Under the pieces are notes generated by a model. It had not been told where the DNA came from, ran no database searches, and saw only the letters and a program-made list of their open reading frames with translations. Both the position numbers and the translations under genes were made by a program. From contig JAUPLS010000045.1 of assembly GCA_030836805.1 (NCBI GenBank), positions 1 through 53,136 on the forward strand: a stretch of 53,136 bases of DNA, given 5' to 3'. The DNA is from Campylobacterota bacterium. GTDB lineage: Bacteria; Campylobacterota; Campylobacteria; Campylobacterales; Sulfurovaceae. Positions 52,988 to 53,136 of this stretch are shown in pieces; the stretch's first letter is position 1, and each line of letters opens with the position of its first letter.

Positions 52988-53136
52988 AAAACAAAACTAT
53001 GCATAAACCTCTACAAATTCTATGAATCGCAGAAGTTTATAAAGATTTGACTTGATATCCTCCGCTCAAAGCTCAAAGCAACAAATTTAAGATTTCTTTG
53101 TTTTCTCAACCAAGGAAGAAATACGTTCAGGCTGCT

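Noticed and set aside
53087-53136. 3' end of a minus-strand gene (...QPERISSLVEKTKKS*)
   Set aside because: Too short to establish frame or product.

Overview
A gene-dense chromosomal window from a Campylobacterota (epsilonproteobacterial) organism, probably Sulfurovum-like; the taxon is inferred from gene content and order (cts cluster, short Pgi, divergent asmA-like/mltG pair, extended -10 promoters), not from a search. Left to right: the end of a surface-polysaccharide locus (two GT4 glycosyltransferases, O-acetyltransferase, flippase-like protein, wbpP/wbpO-like genes, galU, pgi, pgm); a small lipoprotein and tRNA-Asn; housekeeping genes (hemE, yqhA-like, asd, gyrA, exbBD, thioredoxin, yebC, ABC-F, ppk2, rmuC, lolA, secA, lolC/E-like, asmA-like, mltG, DUF234-like); a nitrogen block (degenerate NtrC-like and NtrB-like pair, then amtB-PII and amt-PII); hemH and kdsB; a Cts/Msh-type T2SS/type IV pilus cluster; era, hslUV, rplI and an M3 oligopeptidase. 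The best candidate for a novel system is an apparently phosphorylation-independent Ntr-like module: a receiver-less, GAFTGA-less NtrC derivative plus a His-less NtrB-like pseudokinase. A 17-bp palindrome (TGATYAW-N3-TKAANCA) occurs over the regulator's own promoter and at identical spacing upstream of the sigma70-type -10 boxes of both amt genes. The second candidate is a truncated four-helix-bundle (IVS/Avd-like) gene flanked by inverted heptamer repeats that have also entered the neighbouring epimerase gene in frame. All product calls come from motif recognition by eye.
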